64,000 bases of DNA from assembly GCA_022340285.1 (NCBI GenBank), contig JAJDOG010000096.1, forward strand, positions 24,934 to 88,933. The letters run 5' to 3'. This stretch comes from Betaproteobacteria bacterium (GTDB taxonomy: Bacteria; Pseudomonadota; Gammaproteobacteria; Burkholderiales; SG8-39). This document shows positions 42,988 through 54,394 of this stretch, piece by piece. A program made the translations under genes and the position numbers. Within the stretch, counting starts at the first letter, position 1. Every line of letters begins with the position of its first letter. The notes under the pieces were generated by a model. It saw only the letters and a list, made by a program, of their open reading frames with translations, was not told the DNA's origin and searched no databases.

Positions 42988-44463
42988 TCAGCCGGCGAGC
43001 TTCCGCTTCAGAATCTCGCTGATCGCCGCAGGATTCCCCTTGCCTTTCGTGGCCTTCATCGCCTGTCCGACGAAGAAGTTGAAAGCCTTCTCCCGTCCGC
43101 CTCGGAATTCGGCCACCTGGGCGGGATTCGCGGCGATGATCCCGTCGATGATCGACTCGAGTGCTCCGGTGTCCGTGATCTGCCTGAGCCCTTTCGCCTG
43201 GATGATCGAATCCGCCGCGTCGTCTCCGGACGCCTCACCAGCCCAGAGCGCATCGAACACCTCCTTGGCGATCTTCCCCGAGATGGTGTTGTCGCGAATG
43301 CGGGCAATGAGCCCGGCAAGCTGCTGCGCCGACACCGGTGATCGATCGATCTCGAGCTCGGCGCGGTTCAGAGCGCCGGCGAGCTCGCCCATCACCCAGT
43401 TCGCGGCAGTCTTCGCCCCCGCGCGCGCGTCGCCTCCGGGCTCGCGCAACACCAGCGCGGCCGTGACCGCGTCGAAATAATCCGCGGTCTCGCGCGATCC
43501 GGTCAGCGTGGCCGCGTCGTACGCGGTCAGCCCGAGCTCGCACACGAAGCGGTCGCGCTTCGCGGCCGGCAACTCAGGTAACGCGGCGCGCTCTGCCGCG
43601 ACCCACTCATCCTTGACCTCGAGGGGAAGCAGGTCGGGATCGGGGAAATAGCGGTAGTCGTGCGCCTCCTCCTTGGAGCGCAACGAGCGGGTCTCGTCCC
43701 GATCCGGGTCATAGAGCCGTGTTTCCTGATCGATCCGCCCGCCGTCTTCGAGTATCTCGATCTGCCGGCGCACCTCGAAGTCGATTGCGCGCTCGAGGAA
43801 GCGGAACGAGTTCAGATTCTTGATCTCGCAGCGGGTGCCGAGCCGGTCCGACCCTGCCGGACGAACCGACACGTTTGCATCGCAACGGAACGATCCTTCC
43901 TGCATGTTGCCGTCGCAGATGTCGATCCAGCGCACGAGCGCATGCAGCGTCCGCGCATAAGCGACGGCCTCGCCGGCCGAGCGCATGTCGGGCTCGGACA
44001 CGATTTCCAGCAGGGGCGTGCCGGCGCGGTTGAGGTCGATGCCGGTCATGCCGTGGAAGTCCTCGTGCAGGCTCTTGCCCGCATCCTCCTCGAGGTGCGC
44101 GCGCGTGAGACGGACGGTCTTCTCCGTCCCGTCCGGCAGCACGGTCTGGATGGTCCCGCCCTGCACGATCGGGGCCTCGAACTGGCTGATCTGATATCCC
44201 TTCGGAAGGTCCGGGTAGAAATAGTTCTTGCGCGCGAAGACCGAGCGCGCGGCGATGGCACCGCCGACCGACAGCCCGAATCGTATGGCCCGCTCGACCG
44301 CTCCGCGGTTCGGCACCGGGAGCACGCCCGGCAGGGCGATGTCGACCGCGCAGGCCTGGGTGTTGGGCGCAGCGCCGAACGCAGTCGACGCGGCCGAAAA
44401 GATCTTCGAGCGCGTGGAGAGCTGCGCATGCGTCTCGATTCCGATGACTGTTTCCCACTCCAT
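42988..44463 (-). CDS. gatB: Asp/Glu-tRNA amidotransferase subunit B
   Basis: Track ORF 42988-44733 trimmed to the ATG at 44463 ([17 protein letters not shown]…). This gives 491 aa, typical of GatB. Confidence 0.93.
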   Translation of the reverse strand: MEWETVIGIETHAQLSTRSKIFSAASTAFGAAPNTQACAVDIALPGVLPVPNRGAVERAIRFGLSVGGAIAARSVFARKNYFYPDLPKGYQISQFEAPIVQGGTIQTVLPDGTEKTVRLTRAHLEEDAGKSLHEDFHGMTGIDLNRAGTPLLEIVSEPDMRSAGEAVAYARTLHALVRWIDICDGNMQEGSFRCDANVSVRPAGSDRLGTRCEIKNLNSFRFLERAIDFEVRRQIEILEDGGRIDQETRLYDPDRDETRSLRSKEEAHDYRYFPDPDLLPLEVKDEWVAAERAALPELPAAKRDRFVCELGLTAYDAATLTGSRETADYFDAVTAALVLREPGGDARAGAKTAANWVMGELAGALNRAELEIDRSPVSAQQLAGLIARIRDNTISGKIAKEVFDALWAGEASGDDAADSIIQAKGLRQITDTGALESIIDGIIAANPAQVAEFRGGREKAFNFFVGQAMKATKGKGNPAAISEILKRKLAG

Positions 44464-44485
44464 GTCGCTACCCGGCCCCGTCGGA

Positions 44486-45970
44486 TCAGGCGTACCCCGC
44501 CGGCACACGGGCGTGCCAGTCGGTTGCCTTCTGGAACTGGTGCGCGATGCCGAGCAGTCGCGCCTCGGTGAAATAGTCGCCGACCAGGTGCAGGCCCACC
44601 GGCAGGCCTTCGCTCCCGAAGCCGCACGGGATCGACATCGCGGGCAGTCCGGCGAGGTTCGCGGCGATCGTATAGATGTCGTTGAGGTACATCTGCACCG
44701 GATCCGACACTTTCGCGCCGAGCGCGAACGCAACCGTCGGGGTGACCGGTCCCGCTATCACGTCGCACTGGCGAAAGGCGTCGGTGAAGTCCCGGGCGAT
44801 CAGCCGGCGGATCTTCTGCGCCTTGAGGTAATACGCGTCGTAATAGCCGTGCGACAACACGTAGGTACCGATCAGGATCCTGCGCTTCACCTCGGCGCCG
44901 AAGCCCTGCGCGCGGGTCTTGCAATACATGTCGACGAGATCGTCGTACTCGGGCGCCCGATAGCCGTACCGAACGCCGTCGTAACGCGACAGGTTGGACG
45001 ATGCCTCGGCCGGCGCGATGACGTAATAGGACGGCACCGAAAGCCCGGTGTTCGGCAGATGCACCTCGATCACGCTCGCGCCGAGCTTCTTCAACTCGTC
45101 GATCGCGGACTCGACCGCGGACGCGACGTCGGATGCCAATCCCGCACTGAAATACTCGCTCGGCACGCCGACGCGCAGCCCTCCGAGCGGTTTGCCCGCG
45201 CTCGCGCCGGGCAGGGGCCGCTCCAGCTCGCGCGCGTAGTCCTCGGGAGCGCGTTCCAGGGACGTCGAGTCCCGCGCGTCGAAGCCCGCCATCACGTTCA
45301 GGAGCACCGCGAGATCGGCAGCGCTGCGCGCGAACGGGCCGCCCTGGTCGAGGCTCGACGCGAAGGCGATCATGCCGTAGCGCGAGACCGTCCCGTAAGT
45401 CGGCTTCAGCCCGCAAACCCCGCTCAGGGCGGCCGGCTGCCGGATCGAGCCGCCCGTATCGGTGCCCGTCGCGACGGGCGCGAGCCGCGCGGCCACGGCG
45501 ACTGCCGAGCCGCCGGATGACCCCCCCGCAACGCGATCGACGTTCCAGGGGTTGCGCACCGGCCCGAACCACGATGTCTCGCTCGAGGAGCCCATCGCGA
45601 ACTCGTCCATGTTCGTCTTGCCGAGGACCACCGCGCCGGCATCGTTGAATCGCTCGACGACGTGCGCGTCGTAGGGGGACACGAAGGAGGCCAGCATGCG
45701 CGATCCGCAGGTGCTCGGCCACCCCTTCGCGACGAATATGTCCTTGTGCGCGACCGGGATGCCGGTGAGCGGCCCCGCGTGGCCGGCGGCAATGCGCGCA
45801 TCCGCGGCGCGCGCCTGCTCGAGGCTGCGCCCGGGATCGACGGTGATGAAAGCATTCAGCCCCTTGTCGAGCCGGCCGATGCGTTCGATGCAGTGCTCGG
45901 TGAGCTCGACGGCCGAGACCCTGCGCGCGGCAAGCGCGTCCGCGAGCTCCTTCAGTGACGCGTTAATCAT
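44486..45970 (-). CDS. gatA: Asp/Glu-tRNA amidotransferase subunit A
   Basis: 494-aa amidase-signature ORF (GGSSGGSA) in the gatC-gatA-gatB order. Confidence 0.95.
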   Translation of the reverse strand: MINASLKELADALAARRVSAVELTEHCIERIGRLDKGLNAFITVDPGRSLEQARAADARIAAGHAGPLTGIPVAHKDIFVAKGWPSTCGSRMLASFVSPYDAHVVERFNDAGAVVLGKTNMDEFAMGSSSETSWFGPVRNPWNVDRVAGGSSGGSAVAVAARLAPVATGTDTGGSIRQPAALSGVCGLKPTYGTVSRYGMIAFASSLDQGGPFARSAADLAVLLNVMAGFDARDSTSLERAPEDYARELERPLPGASAGKPLGGLRVGVPSEYFSAGLASDVASAVESAIDELKKLGASVIEVHLPNTGLSVPSYYVIAPAEASSNLSRYDGVRYGYRAPEYDDLVDMYCKTRAQGFGAEVKRRILIGTYVLSHGYYDAYYLKAQKIRRLIARDFTDAFRQCDVIAGPVTPTVAFALGAKVSDPVQMYLNDIYTIAANLAGLPAMSIPCGFGSEGLPVGLHLVGDYFTEARLLGIAHQFQKATDWHARVPAGYA

Positions 45971-45998
45971 TGGGTGGGGGAGCCGCGCGCCCCGCCCC

Positions 45999-46286
45999 TC
46001 ACTCGATGACCTTGGGAACGAGGTAAAGCCCCGCTTCCACCTGGGGCGCCACCGCCTGGAAGGCCTCGTGCTGGTCGCCCTCCCGGACCTCGTCCGCGCG
46101 CAGCCTGACGGTCAGGTCGCGGGCGTGCGCCATCGGCTCGATCCCCGAGGTGTCCACGGCGTTCATCTCCTCGATCAGCGCGAAGATGCGGTTCAGGTCC
46201 GCCTGCACGGCCTCGGCCTCGGCGTCCGTCACGGCGATGCGGGCGAGGTGGGCGATCCGTTTGACCTGGTCGATGGGCAGAGACAT
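45999..46286 (-). CDS. gatC: Asp/Glu-tRNA amidotransferase subunit C
   Basis: 95-aa ORF (…[16 protein letters not shown]…) heading gatCAB. Confidence 0.9.
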   Translation of the reverse strand: MSLPIDQVKRIAHLARIAVTDAEAEAVQADLNRIFALIEEMNAVDTSGIEPMAHARDLTVRLRADEVREGDQHEAFQAVAPQVEAGLYLVPKVIE

Positions 46287-46328
46287 GAATTTTTCCGCTT
46301 AAACAATTGTTTGGATGCGGTATTATAG

Positions 46329-47408
<1,080 letters not shown>

Positions 47409-47526
47409 GACCTATCTCAGAAGACGGCTGCCGCCGCGTGCGGGGAGATATACAAGGGGCGCGCCCCTTGTGGGTACTACCGCTCTTGCATCACGAAGCA
47501 TGGCCCCGATTTCGAGATAGCCTCTA

Positions 47527-48438
47527 ATGGAAAGGCAGACGCCGCCGTTCTTTCACCGCGGCCCCGCCCCGCTCGCTCGGCTTGGATTCTTCGCCGTGCT
47601 ATCGGTTCTGCTGATGGTGCTCGACGCGCGCTTTCGCTATGCGGAGCCGCTCCGGCAGGTGCTTGCCCTCGCTGCGTATCCGATCCAGCAACTCGCGACC
47701 GCCCCCGTGACCGCATACGCGGATCTCTCCGAATTCCTTGCCAGCCGAGCCGCGCTGCAGCGGGAGAACGCGGCGCTACGCGAAGAACGGCTGAAGCGCG
47801 CACCGGACCTGCTCACCCTCGAAGCACTCAAGGCCGAGAACGCGGAACTGCGCAAGGCGCTCGGCGCACGGCCCAGCGCACCGCAGGAAGCCATCTTCGC
47901 CGAAGTGGTCTACGCAGGGCGTGATCCTTTCGCGCGCACGGTCATGGTGGACAAGGGCAGCCAGCAGGGCGTGCAGCTCGGTCAGCCGGTGATCGATTCC
48001 GGCGGCGTGCTGGGACAGGTGACGCGGGTGCACCCGCTCCTCGCGGAAGTCACGCTCGTCATCGACAAGGATCACCCGGTTCCCGTGCAGGTCGTGCGCA
48101 ACGGGCTGCGGGGCATCGTGTACGGCTCGGGTGACGGCGCGACACTCGAACTACGCTACATGGCCACCAATGCCGACGTGGAAGTGGGTGACGTGCTGGT
48201 CACTTCCGGCATCGACGAGGTGTACCCGGCCGGACTGCCCGTCGCCCGCATCGCGCAGGTCGAGCGTGATGCCGCGCTCTCTTTCGCGAAGATCGTCTGC
48301 GAGCCGAGCGCCAACGTGAACCGTCACAGACAGGTCCTGGTCCTCAATCGCGCGGTGCAGGTCCCGCCGCCCCCCGAAGACGCGAAACCTGCGGGCCGGA
48401 AAACGGTCACAGGCAAGCGGTCGCGGAGAAACCAATGA
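47527..48438 (+). CDS. mreC: rod shape-determining protein MreC
   Basis: 303-aa ORF with an N-terminal TM, a coiled coil (LQRENAALREE…) and beta domains. It sits after mreB. Confidence 0.9.
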   Translation: MERQTPPFFHRGPAPLARLGFFAVLSVLLMVLDARFRYAEPLRQVLALAAYPIQQLATAPVTAYADLSEFLASRAALQRENAALREERLKRAPDLLTLEALKAENAELRKALGARPSAPQEAIFAEVVYAGRDPFARTVMVDKGSQQGVQLGQPVIDSGGVLGQVTRVHPLLAEVTLVIDKDHPVPVQVVRNGLRGIVYGSGDGATLELRYMATNADVEVGDVLVTSGIDEVYPAGLPVARIAQVERDAALSFAKIVCEPSANVNRHRQVLVLNRAVQVPPPPEDAKPAGRKTVTGKRSRRNQ

Positions 48439-48959
48439 TTCCTGGCAGCTCGGGTCGCGAGCACATCCTGCTACCGGTGAAGGGAAGCTTCATGGCGCTT
48501 TCCATCATCGTTGCGCTGCTGTTCAATCTGCTGCCCTGGCGCGACCTGCGCGGGGTGCCGGACCTGCTCGCTCTGGTCATCGCGTTCTGGTGCATTCACC
48601 AGCCGCGCAAGACGGGAATCGGTATAGCGTGGGTGCTCGGACTCGTCATGGACGCGGCGAATGGCACGCTCATCGGCCAGCACGCTCTCGCTTACGCCGT
48701 GGTTGCGTTCGGGGCGCAGTGGCTTCACCGCCGGATACTCTGGTTTCCGATCTGGCAGCAGGCGCTGCACGTGCTCGCCCTGCTGCTCGTGAGCCAGGGG
48801 CTGATGCTGGTCGCGCGAATGGCGGCAGGCGGCACGTTTCCAGGCTGGTCTTTCTTCTCGGGCAGCTTCATCGCTGCGGCGCTGTGGCCGGTCGCCACGT
48901 ATGTGCTGCTAGCGCCCCAGAGACGTCCCGAAATCGTGGACGAGAACCGGCCTATCTAG
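48435..48959 (+). CDS. mreD: rod shape-determining protein MreD
   Basis: 174-aa polytopic ORF with a 4-nt overlap with mreC. Confidence 0.85.
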   Translation: MIPGSSGREHILLPVKGSFMALSIIVALLFNLLPWRDLRGVPDLLALVIAFWCIHQPRKTGIGIAWVLGLVMDAANGTLIGQHALAYAVVAFGAQWLHRRILWFPIWQQALHVLALLLVSQGLMLVARMAAGGTFPGWSFFSGSFIAAALWPVATYVLLAPQRRPEIVDENRPI

Positions 48960-49058
48960 GATGAAGCCGATGCCGCAGGCTTCGCTTCCCCCGGATTCGG
49001 GGAGCACGAGGGGGCGCCGCGAAGCGGCTCTGCCCCCTCGTAGCGTGGAGCATCTGAC

Positions 49059-51026
49059 ATGAGCACCGGTTCCATCGGCCGCAACCTCTTCACCTCGCAA
49101 TCGCGCGGCATCGGCGGCCGCCTAGGTTCGCGGGGTCTCGGGGAATATCGGGACCCCGAGCGCGAAGTGCGGCGCTTTCACCTGCGGCTCGCTGCCGCCG
49201 GAGCGCTGGTTCTCATCGCGTTCGGCGTGCTCTTCGGGCGCTTCATCTACCTACAGGTCATCCAGCACAGCTACTATCACACCAAGGCCGAGGACAATCG
49301 CATCTCGGTCGTTCCGCTGCCGCCCAACCGCGGGCTGATCATGGATCGCACCGGGGTCGTGCTGGCGCGCAATCACTCCGCGTACACGCTGGAGATCCAG
49401 CCCGACCAGGTGGACGACCTCGACGCCACGATCGATGCGCTCGCGGGCGTCGTCGACATCCAGTCCCGTGACCGCAAGCGCTTCAAGAAGCTGCGCGAGG
49501 ACATGCGGGGCGCCGAGAGCCTGCCGATCAAGACGCGTCTCTCGGACGAGGAGGTGGCGCGCTTTGCGGCGAACGCATACCGCTTTCCCGGCGTCGCGAT
49601 CAAGGCGCGCCTGTACCGCGAATATCCTTTCGGCGAGCTCGCATCCCACGTGCTCGGCTACATCGGCCGGATCAACGACCGGGACCTTCAATGGCTCGAA
49701 AGCCGCGACCTCAGCGCCAACTACAAGGGCACGGATTTCATGGGCAAGACCGGCGTCGAGCAGTTCTACGAGCAGGAACTGCACGGCTCGACCGGCTCGG
49801 CGCATGTCGAGATCGACGCGGGTGGGCGCAGCGTGCGCACCCTCTCGTCCCACGCGCCCACCGCGGGCAACAGTCTCGTGCTCACGCTGGATCTCAAGCT
49901 TCAGGAGGTCGCCGAGAAAGCGTTCGGCAGCTATCGCGGCGCGCTCGTTGCAATCGACCCGTCGACCGGCGGCATTCTCGCGTTCGTCAGCCGCCCCGGC
50001 TATGACCCGAACCTGTTCGTCGACGGAATCGATCCGCAGAGCTGGGAGCGGTTGGTGAAAGACCCGGACAAGCCGCTCAGCAACCGCGCCCTGAACGGTG
50101 CCTACCCGCCCGGATCGACGTTCAAGCCCTTTATGGCCCTCATGGCGCTCGAGCTGGGCAAGCGCACGCCCGAGTATGCGATCAGCGATCCGGGCTACTT
50201 CTCGCTGCCGGGCCAGACGCATCGCTACCGCGACTGGAAGGTCGGCGGACACGGCATGGTGAACCTCCGCAGGTCGATCGTCATCTCGTGCGACACGTAT
50301 TACTACGGGCTCGCGAGCGACACCGACATCGACAAGCTGAACGAGTTTCTCTCGCAGTTCGGGTTCGGCGAGCGGTCCGGCATCGATGTCCGTGGCGAGC
50401 ACAAGGGCCTGCTGCCCTCGCGCGCCTGGAAGAAGAAGCGGTTCGGCGAAAGGTGGTACGCCGGCGATTCCGTCTCCGTGGGAATCGGACAGGGCTACAA
50501 CCTCACCACGCCCCTGCAACTCGCCCAGGCCACCGCGATCCTGGCGAACAATGGCGTCGTCTACCGCCCGCACCTCGTGCGCGAGGTGGTCGACACCGTC
50601 ACCGGTGAACGGCGCGCGATCGAGCCCGAACCGATCCGGAAGATCAGCCTCCATCCGAAGTGGGTGCAGCTCGTGAAATCGGCGATGGTCGATGTCACGC
50701 GTCCAGGTGGCACCGCCGCCCGGGCGGGCGCCGGCGCCGAGTACACCTTCGCAGGCAAGACGGGCACGGCGCAGGTAATCGCGATGAAGCAGGACGAGAA
50801 GTACGACGAGAAGAAGGTCTCCGAGCGCTTCCGCGATCACGCGCTCTTCATCTCCTTCGCTCCGGCCGAGGCACCCCGAATCGCGCTCGCCGTCCTCGTC
50901 GAGAATGGCGGGCACGGCAGCGCCACGGCCGCGCCGATCGCCCGCGTGGTGCTCGACTACTTCCTGCTCGACAAGAAGCCGGAACAGCCGCCCGTGCTCG
51001 ACCCCGACGCTCCGGAGGAAGGTTGA
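49059..51026 (+). CDS. mrdA: penicillin-binding protein 2 (elongasome transpeptidase)
   Basis: 655-aa ORF with SxxK (GSTFKP), SxD/N (…SCD…) and KTG (GKTGTAQV) motifs. The N-terminal 40 aa or so before the TM are longer than in E. coli, so the start may lie further downstream. Confidence 0.92.
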   Translation: MSTGSIGRNLFTSQSRGIGGRLGSRGLGEYRDPEREVRRFHLRLAAAGALVLIAFGVLFGRFIYLQVIQHSYYHTKAEDNRISVVPLPPNRGLIMDRTGVVLARNHSAYTLEIQPDQVDDLDATIDALAGVVDIQSRDRKRFKKLREDMRGAESLPIKTRLSDEEVARFAANAYRFPGVAIKARLYREYPFGELASHVLGYIGRINDRDLQWLESRDLSANYKGTDFMGKTGVEQFYEQELHGSTGSAHVEIDAGGRSVRTLSSHAPTAGNSLVLTLDLKLQEVAEKAFGSYRGALVAIDPSTGGILAFVSRPGYDPNLFVDGIDPQSWERLVKDPDKPLSNRALNGAYPPGSTFKPFMALMALELGKRTPEYAISDPGYFSLPGQTHRYRDWKVGGHGMVNLRRSIVISCDTYYYGLASDTDIDKLNEFLSQFGFGERSGIDVRGEHKGLLPSRAWKKKRFGERWYAGDSVSVGIGQGYNLTTPLQLAQATAILANNGVVYRPHLVREVVDTVTGERRAIEPEPIRKISLHPKWVQLVKSAMVDVTRPGGTAARAGAGAEYTFAGKTGTAQVIAMKQDEKYDEKKVSERFRDHALFISFAPAEAPRIALAVLVENGGHGSATAAPIARVVLDYFLLDKKPEQPPVLDPDAPEEG

Positions 51027-51028
51027 CC

Positions 51029-52117
51029 GTGCGGCTGTGGCAACGCTTCACGGGCAACATAGACGGCTTGCTGCTCGCAATCGTCGCGCTCATCGTCACG
51101 CTCGGAATCGTCACGCTCTACAGCGCGACGAACGAGAGCTCGACTCGAATGACGGCGCAATTCGTCAATCTGGCGGTCGCGCTCGCCGCGATGTGGATCG
51201 TCGCACAGGTGCCCACGCAAACACTGCTGCGGTCCGCGGTACCCGTGTACCTGATCGGGCTCGCGCTGCTCGTGGCGGTTGCAGTCGGAGGCGACGTCGT
51301 GAACGGCGCGCGCAGGTGGCTGCACGTGGGTGTCACGCGAATCCAGCCCTCTGAAATGATGAAGATCGCGATGCCGCTCATGCTCGCGTGGTATTTCCAC
51401 CGCCGCGCGGCGACGCTCGGCCTCGGAGACTATCTGATCGCCGCAGTGCTGCTCGCCGTCCCGACCGCATTGATCATCCGGCAGCCCGATCTCGGCACCG
51501 CGCTTCTCGTGCTGGCGACCGGCTGCTACGTCATCTTCCTGGCGGGACTCTCCTGGCGAATCATCCTCGGGCTCGTCATTGCGGGCGCCGCGAGCCTGCC
51601 GCTCGTGTGGACACTGTTGCACGACTATCAGAAGCGACGCATCCTGACCCTGCTCGATCCGAGCCAGGATCCGCTCGGCTCCGGTTACCACACGATTCAG
51701 GCCACGATCGCTGTCGGGTCGGGGGGGCTCGGCGGGAAGGGCTGGCTGAACGGCACGCAGGCTCATCTGGAATTCATTCCGGAACGGCACACCGATTTCA
51801 TCTTTGCCGTGTTCTCCGAGGAATTCGGGCTCCTCGGCACAAGCGTCCTGCTCCTACTCTATTCCGCCCTCATCGCGCGCGGACTGATGATCGCGGCGAA
51901 TGCGCCGACGCCGTTTTCGCGACTGCTAGCGGGCAGCGTCACCCTGATCTTCTTCACCTACGCGTTCGTGAACATGGGAATGGTCAGCGGAATCCTGCCG
52001 GTGGTCGGCGTGCCACTGCCCTTCATCTCGTATGGCGGTACCGCCCTGGTCACGCTGTTCCTTGGCGTCGGCATCCTGATGAGCGTGGCGCGCGAGCGCA
52101 AACTGATGCAGACCTGA
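51029..52117 (+). CDS. rodA: SEDS-family peptidoglycan glycosyltransferase RodA
   Basis: Track ORF 50660-52117 trimmed to the GTG at 51029, 3 nt after the mrdA stop. Polytopic and typical of SEDS proteins (…RIQPSEMMKIA…, …PFISYGGT…). Confidence 0.9.
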   Translation: MRLWQRFTGNIDGLLLAIVALIVTLGIVTLYSATNESSTRMTAQFVNLAVALAAMWIVAQVPTQTLLRSAVPVYLIGLALLVAVAVGGDVVNGARRWLHVGVTRIQPSEMMKIAMPLMLAWYFHRRAATLGLGDYLIAAVLLAVPTALIIRQPDLGTALLVLATGCYVIFLAGLSWRIILGLVIAGAASLPLVWTLLHDYQKRRILTLLDPSQDPLGSGYHTIQATIAVGSGGLGGKGWLNGTQAHLEFIPERHTDFIFAVFSEEFGLLGTSVLLLLYSALIARGLMIAANAPTPFSRLLAGSVTLIFFTYAFVNMGMVSGILPVVGVPLPFISYGGTALVTLFLGVGILMSVARERKLMQT

Positions 52118-52131
52118 CCGAGGAGCGCGGG

Positions 52132-53025
52132 GTGAGGAGTGTGGGGTTCGGCATTCGCATTTTCATAGGCGTATCGCTCGTCTCGGCCGCGCTCGTTGCG
52201 GGCTGCTCGAGCACCCCCAAGAGCTCGGGATCGAGCGGGCGCGGCGGCGGCTACTACCTCGACGACGGACCGGGCGGCAATCCACCGCGCGATCTGGACA
52301 GCATTCCCGACGCGGTGCCGAAACCGGAACCGCTGAGCCGCGCCGCGAATCGACCCTACAGCGTTTTCGGGCGGGACTACGTACCGATGTCCACGCTTGC
52401 ACCCTACCGGGCGCGCGGCGTCGCGTCGTGGTACGGCCGCCGCTACCACGGGCAGCGCACGTCGATCGGCGAGGTGTACGACATGTACGCCATGTCGGCG
52501 GCCCACCCGACGCTTCCGCTACCGAGCTACGCGCGTGTCACCAACCTCTCGAACGGGCAGTCGGTAGTCGTGCGAGTGAACGATCGCGGGCCGTTCCTGA
52601 ACAACCGGCTGATCGACCTGTCCTACGCGGCGGCATATCGGCTCGGCTTCATCGGGAGCGGCAGCGCCATGGTCGAGGTAGAACTGCTGATTCCCGGGCA
52701 GCCGCTCACCGCGTCGGCGCCACCGCAAACGGTTCCCGACAGGGCAAGGCCAGAACCCGCTCCGGTGGAGCCGCCGATCGCGACAGTGGCCGACGCATCG
52801 GGCGTGTACCTTCAGCTCGGCGCGTTCGCGTCACGCGAGAATGCGGACCTCTTTCGCGACCGGGTCGCGAACGAGTTGACGTGGCTCGCCGCCGCGCTGC
52901 GCATCGAAAGCCGCGACGGCCTCCACCGCGTTCGCGCCGGACCCTATCGCGACCGTATCGAGGCGCTCGCCGTGTCCGGACATATTCGCGAGGCGCTCGA
53001 GGTGACGCCGATCGTAGTCAGATAA
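52132..53025 (+). CDS. rlpA: septal ring lytic transglycosylase RlpA (lipoprotein with C-terminal SPOR domain)
   Basis: Track ORF 51388-53025 trimmed to the GTG at 52132 (AGGAG 6 nt upstream). It has the lipobox LVAGC, a DPBB domain (GVASWYG…MSAAHPTLPLPSYARVTNL…VVVRVNDRGPF) and a SPOR-like C-terminus. Confidence 0.88.
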   Translation: MRSVGFGIRIFIGVSLVSAALVAGCSSTPKSSGSSGRGGGYYLDDGPGGNPPRDLDSIPDAVPKPEPLSRAANRPYSVFGRDYVPMSTLAPYRARGVASWYGRRYHGQRTSIGEVYDMYAMSAAHPTLPLPSYARVTNLSNGQSVVVRVNDRGPFLNNRLIDLSYAAAYRLGFIGSGSAMVEVELLIPGQPLTASAPPQTVPDRARPEPAPVEPPIATVADASGVYLQLGAFASRENADLFRDRVANELTWLAAALRIESRDGLHRVRAGPYRDRIEALAVSGHIREALEVTPIVVR

Positions 53026-53216
53026 GAGAAGTGTGGGCGGTATAATCGCAAAGCATGATCGTTTCACTGCGTCGCCGGATCGTCGCACTCTGTCACCGAA
53101 CTGCTGCGATCTGCCTGCTGGTTCGTCCCGTCCGGCTCACGCCTGCTGAACCGCGCCCAACCCTCGTTCGCTCCTCGTTCATTCCGTTCAACCCTCGCCT
53201 AAACGAGACGCCAAGG

Positions 53217-54353
53217 ATGTCATTCAGAACCCTCTTCCAGCTTGTGGCGTTTTGCGCCGTCCTCGGGTCGCACGCGTCCTTTGCTGATGCACCGCCTCCC
53301 CCCCAGGTTGCCGCAAACGCCTGGGTGCTCATGGACCTGACCGCCGACCAACCCATCGCCATGCACGATGCCGATGCGCGCGTCGAGCCCGCGTCGCTCA
53401 CCAAGCTGATGACCGCCTACCTGACGTTCGCGGCACTCGAGAAGAAGAGCATCACGCTCGATCAGCAGGTCCCGGTTTCCGAGAAGGCGTGGAAGACCGG
53501 GGGCTCCAGGATGTTCATCGAGCCGCGCAAACCCGTGACCGTGGCAGAGCTTCTGCGCGGCATGATCGTCCAGTCGGGCAACGATGCCACCGTCGCACTT
53601 GCGGAGCTGATCGCCGGCTCGGAGGACGTGTTCGCGCAGATGATGAACCGCGAGGCCCAGCGTATCGGCATGAAGAACACCAACTTCACGAACGCGAGCG
53701 GCTGGCCCGATCCCAAGCATTACTCCACCGCGCGCGACCTCGCCATCCTCGCCGCTGCGCTGATACGGGATTTTCCCGAGTACTACAAGCTCTACTCGCT
53801 CAAGGAGTTCCGCTACAACAACATCACGCAGCAGAATCGCAATCGGCTGCTTTGGCTCGATCCGAACGTGGATGGCGTAAAGACCGGACACACCGAGGCG
53901 GCGGGCTACTGCCTCATCGCATCGGCCAAGCGCGGCCCGCGGCGGCTCCTGTCGGTGGTGCTCGGCACCCGCTCCGACGCGCAGCGTGCACAGGAGAGCC
54001 AGAAGCTCCTGAACTACGGGTTCCAGTTCTACGACAGCGTGCGCGTCTACGAAAAGGGCCAGCCCATCAGCACGCTCAGGGTCTGGAAAGGCGCGCAAAA
54101 CGAGCTGAAGGCTGGGCTGCCGGAGGATCTCTACGTGGTGCTTCCCAAAGGGGAGGCGGACAAGCTCACTGCCGACTTCGTGAGCCAGCAGCCGCTCATC
54201 GCGCCGGTCAGCGAGGGCCAGCCCGTTGGCACGGTCCGGCTGACTTTGGAAGGCAAGCCGTTCGGCGAGCATACGGCCGTTGCGCTGGAGAACGTCGAGG
54301 TGGCGGGCTTCTTCGGCCGCATGTGGGATACGATGCGCCTCTGGTGGAAGTAG
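53217..54353 (+). CDS. D-alanyl-D-alanine carboxypeptidase (PBP5/6 class)
   Basis: Track ORF 53055-54353 trimmed to the ATG at 53217 (signal peptide). SxxK (ASLTKLMT), SGN (QSGND) and KTG (VKTGHT) motifs are present. Confidence 0.9.
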   Translation: MSFRTLFQLVAFCAVLGSHASFADAPPPPQVAANAWVLMDLTADQPIAMHDADARVEPASLTKLMTAYLTFAALEKKSITLDQQVPVSEKAWKTGGSRMFIEPRKPVTVAELLRGMIVQSGNDATVALAELIAGSEDVFAQMMNREAQRIGMKNTNFTNASGWPDPKHYSTARDLAILAAALIRDFPEYYKLYSLKEFRYNNITQQNRNRLLWLDPNVDGVKTGHTEAAGYCLIASAKRGPRRLLSVVLGTRSDAQRAQESQKLLNYGFQFYDSVRVYEKGQPISTLRVWKGAQNELKAGLPEDLYVVLPKGEADKLTADFVSQQPLIAPVSEGQPVGTVRLTLEGKPFGEHTAVALENVEVAGFFGRMWDTMRLWWK

Positions 54354-54394
54354 ATTTCGTACCGAGAAACGCCCCGCGCGGAGGAGATGATCAG

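Noticed and set aside
53041-53046. TATAAT hexamer upstream of the DD-carboxypeptidase gene as a promoter.
   Set aside because: There is no acceptable -35 hexamer at 16-18 nt spacing and no extended -10 TG. A single hexamer is not enough.
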